From an uncultured Chloroflexia bacterium (GTDB taxonomy: Bacteria; Chloroflexota; Chloroflexia; QHBQ01; JADMIH01): a stretch of DNA of 64,000 nucleotides. The number at the start of each line of letters is the position of its first letter. The stretch's first letter is position 1. Location: contig CAWCNY010000004.1 in the NCBI GenBank assembly GCA_963797095.1, forward strand, positions 384,001 to 448,000, read 5' to 3'. The translations under genes and the position numbers were made by a program. Below are positions 61,492 to 64,000 of the stretch, piece by piece. The notes below the pieces were generated by a model. It worked only from the letters and a program-made list of their open reading frames with translations, did not search any database and was not told the DNA's origin.

Positions 61492-61928
61492 AACTTTATA
61501 CTATCGGTTTTACCAAGAAGTCTGCCGAACGCTTCTTTTCGTTATTGCGAGACAACGGCGTCCAACTCCTGGCCGATATACGTCTGCATCCAGGCGGCCA
61601 CCTGGCGAGCTTTGCCAAGCAGGACGACCTGCGCTATTTCCTGCGCGCCCTCGCAAACTGCGATTACATCCACCTTCCTCAGCTTGCACCCAGCGACGAA
61701 ATCCTCACCACATACCGCAAAGATAAGAAGTGGCCCCTCTACGTGCAAAGTTTTGAGGCGTTGATGGACGAGCGCGACATGCCGGGGAGCCTGGAAATGA
61801 GCCTCTTTCAGGAGGGCCATACCTGTCTCCTTTGCAGCGAACATACCCCCGACAAATGTCACCGCCGACTGGTAGCCGAGCGTATCGCATCGTACTGGCC
61901 CAACGTAGAAATAGTCCACCTGGTGTAG
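61488..61928 (+). CDS. DUF488 family protein (second subtype)
   Basis: LYTIGFTKKSAERFF, DIRL, LAPS and LCSEHTPDKCHRRLVAE; ATGA overlap with the previous gene. Confidence 0.88.
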   Translation: MKLYTIGFTKKSAERFFSLLRDNGVQLLADIRLHPGGHLASFAKQDDLRYFLRALANCDYIHLPQLAPSDEILTTYRKDKKWPLYVQSFEALMDERDMPGSLEMSLFQEGHTCLLCSEHTPDKCHRRLVAERIASYWPNVEIVHLV

Positions 61929-61991
61929 CCGCACAACTATCCGCTAACGTCCATCGCAACAAGTGGCACGCAACCAAAATCACCGATTTGC

Positions 61992-62771
61992 ATGTACGCC
62001 CCTGTCACCATCACCGACCTGACCCGTATGCAAGCCGACCACATCTGCGTCGCGGGCTACCTGCGGGATGGCACATGCACCCGCCCTCTGTTCCCCTGGC
62101 ATAAACCCCTCACAGAAAGCTGGGTCTGGCTCAAAGGCCAGGTCGTGATCCGGCCCTTCGCCGAGGTAGAGTTGGACTTACAGGAGCACACGCCACACCC
62201 ACCTCACTCGGAAGATTACCTGGTCAGCCCGACCTACTATCACCTACTGCGCCACCCTGGCACGGATCGAAGGTTGGATCTTCTCCGCAAAATAGAGGAT
62301 CCAAGCGTCGCAAGCATCTTCGGCGCGAAGATCCATGTTGACAATGGCTGGTTCTTGCTTGCGAACACGGGCAGCCGCTCTCTCGGAACGGTCAAACCCG
62401 TCGAGGTCGAAAAGGTTAGCTATGCGCTCCGCAAGAACAGCAGGTGGGACTATCGGATCGCCTTCACGGACGCGTCAGGCGCGCTTTACAGGCTTGCCGT
62501 CACCGATCTGGCCTTCCGGTACTATTTCGATCACGCCCGACTGCATGAAAAGCAGGCGCCCACAAATATCGCCGACCGTATGACCGGTACTCTTCGCGAA
62601 AGTGAGGTGTACCTGCGTATCGGCCTCGCCAGAGGTTGGGATCGCTACCCCGACAGGTGCCATCTGCAAATCACCGGCGTGTACACATTCTCCGATTACC
62701 TGGACGGCAAATGCTTTGCCGATTTCGCCCTCATTAAGATACAATCGGCCAAAGAAGACATACCATTCTAA
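61992..62771 (+). CDS. Dual OB-fold-like domain protein
   Basis: ICVAG...RP, PPHSED, RSLG, LAVTD, IGLAR and CHLQITGV pattern; the context next to a DUF488 pair fits. Confidence 0.6.
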   Translation: MYAPVTITDLTRMQADHICVAGYLRDGTCTRPLFPWHKPLTESWVWLKGQVVIRPFAEVELDLQEHTPHPPHSEDYLVSPTYYHLLRHPGTDRRLDLLRKIEDPSVASIFGAKIHVDNGWFLLANTGSRSLGTVKPVEVEKVSYALRKNSRWDYRIAFTDASGALYRLAVTDLAFRYYFDHARLHEKQAPTNIADRMTGTLRESEVYLRIGLARGWDRYPDRCHLQITGVYTFSDYLDGKCFADFALIKIQSAKEDIPF

Positions 62772-63304
62772 CCGGCCATAGCCAGGGGAAGCACTTCCCT
62801 CAAATCCTGTATATCGTGACCGAAGCACCGGAACCCCGCACCCATCCGCTCGCACTGGCCCCGGTAAATATTGTACGGGTCATCGTCCACGAGTAGCGCG
62901 TCTCCGGCGTCAATGTGGTATCCGTCTCTCCGTGCCATAGTGAGCATCCGCTTCAGCATGTAGTCTTTGTCCGAATGCCACTCACCGACCAGGTAATCCA
63001 TAAGCGGCATAGCCCCAAACGCTTCCAGGATTCGCCGCACATTCCCTTCGTGATTATAGCTGATAACACCCGTCAGCACGCCGCGATCCTTCAGCGTCCG
63101 CAACACATCGGGAACTTCGGGGCGCAAAGTGAAAAGCGCCCCATCGTCTCGGCGGACGAGGAGCGCATCTTCATTATTCGCTACAGGTTCATAGGTGAAA
63201 TCGGGCCAACCCGCCGCATCGGTCGGCGTGCGGTCGGAGAGATTGAGGCCGCTGGTGAGCATCCAGAGCGTCTCATCGCCATCAAACGCAACCAATCTAT
63301 ACAT
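62768..63304 (-). CDS. Magnesium-dependent phosphatase-1-like HAD-IIIC phosphatase
   Basis: AFDGDETLW, ISYN, K and LVDDD motifs. Confidence 0.78.
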   Translation of the reverse strand: MYRLVAFDGDETLWMLTSGLNLSDRTPTDAAGWPDFTYEPVANNEDALLVRRDDGALFTLRPEVPDVLRTLKDRGVLTGVISYNHEGNVRRILEAFGAMPLMDYLVGEWHSDKDYMLKRMLTMARRDGYHIDAGDALLVDDDPYNIYRGQCERMGAGFRCFGHDIQDLREVLPLAMAG

Positions 63305-63369
63305 AAATGTCAGGCAAGAGCATTTACGCTTTAGTATCTTTATTGCAGCCCATCACGGCCCGGTATAGC

Positions 63370-63669
63370 TTACCGGTAGCGGAACGTAATACGACCCTTG
63401 CTCAAATCGTAAGGGGAAAGCTCAACGAGCACGCGGTCGCCCGGCACGATCCTGATATAGTTCGTGCGCATTTTGCCCGAAATATGCCCCAGCACCTTGA
63501 TCCCGTTCTCAAGCTCTATATTGAAAAGGGCATTGGGCAGTGCATCAAGTACGGTGCCGTCCATTGTAATAACATCGTCGCGTGTGCGTCGCGGCCCTAC
63601 AGGGGCAGTCGCGTTCGCCGGGTTTCTGTTAGTCTGTTGTTTCTTAGGATAATATGTCTTCTTCTTCAT
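63370..63669 (-). CDS. infA: Translation initiation factor IF-1 with a basic N-terminal extension
   Basis: [29 protein letters not shown] and [12 protein letters not shown]. Confidence 0.95.
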   Translation of the reverse strand: MKKKTYYPKKQQTNRNPANATAPVGPRRTRDDVITMDGTVLDALPNALFNIELENGIKVLGHISGKMRTNYIRIVPGDRVLVELSPYDLSKGRITFRYR

Positions 63670-63705
63670 GCGGTACGCATTTACCTCCAAAATAGGTGCA
63701 TCAAC

Positions 63706-63740
63706 AAAAAAGCCGAGTAGCAGTCTTGCGCTAACCCGGC
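63706..63740 (-). terminator. Intrinsic terminator-like hairpin plus U6 inside the infA 5' leader
   Basis: Minus strand reads GCCGGGUUAGC-gcaagacu-GCUACUCGGC-UUUUUU. Confidence 0.65.
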
Positions 63741-63878
63741 CCTGTGTTCTGTACCCATGCAAAACGCCCCCTAATTGGGCGGTTGCTTCGATACTCTCTT
63801 GAGATAGCAGGCGGAACGCATTGGCATCCTTTCCTCTAGCTCTTGACGCACAGGGCGGATTCGTATTGCTACACGTAA

Positions 63879-63907
63879 ATTATACACCCTACACGCACGA
63901 ATTACAA
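63879..63907 (-). promoter_or_regulatory. Sigma70-type promoter TTGTAA-17-TATAAT for infA
   Basis: -35 at 63907-63902, -10 at 63884-63879; predicted TSS near 63872. Confidence 0.65.
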
Positions 63908-63959
63908 TACGACTTGCGTCGTATATCTGAGCCGCACGCACACAACGAACGCCTTATAA

Positions 63960-63984
63960 GGGCAGCCACGCGGCGTAGCCCTAC
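63960..63984 (-). repeat. GTAG-type REP-like hairpin
   Basis: gtagggctacgccgcgtggctgccc on the minus strand. Confidence 0.4.
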
Positions 63985-64000
63985 TACAACTACCCATCTG

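Overview
GC-rich bacterial chromosomal segment, most consistent with a Chloroflexota (Chloroflexia-like) genome. This is an inference from SLH domains with CGGPGEPC inserts, 'FPETG...GYPIS' repeat proteins and the CvpA-CAP fusion. From left to right: a minus-strand BpsA-like aminopropyltransferase / GNAT / SAM-decarboxylase / FkbH-like cluster; a GH13 glycosidase and udk; surface-glycan genes (GT4, O-antigen-ligase-like, flippase, GT-C-like) with a divergent ECF sigma / anti-sigma pair; gltX; yvcK-gap-pgk-(redoxin-DoxX)-tpiA; cfa; a HelY-type helicase; several hydrolases; an apparently decaying lipid-oxidation locus (alpha-dioxygenase-like, catalase-related, GMC oxidase, hydrolases); S-layer-anchored proteins; a Gln-ligated cupredoxin; MscS with a large insert; a vWA protein; HIT; an IS701-family element; a DUF488-DUF488-dual-OB operon; an MDP-1-like phosphatase; and a stand-alone infA with a long structured leader. 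Non-coding highlights: a 79-bp repeat in three dispersed copies (one split by the IS), heptamer tandem repeats between genes, and several apparently leaderless promoters. I saw no rRNA, tRNA or CRISPR array. All family calls come from motif recognition by eye; no database search was run.
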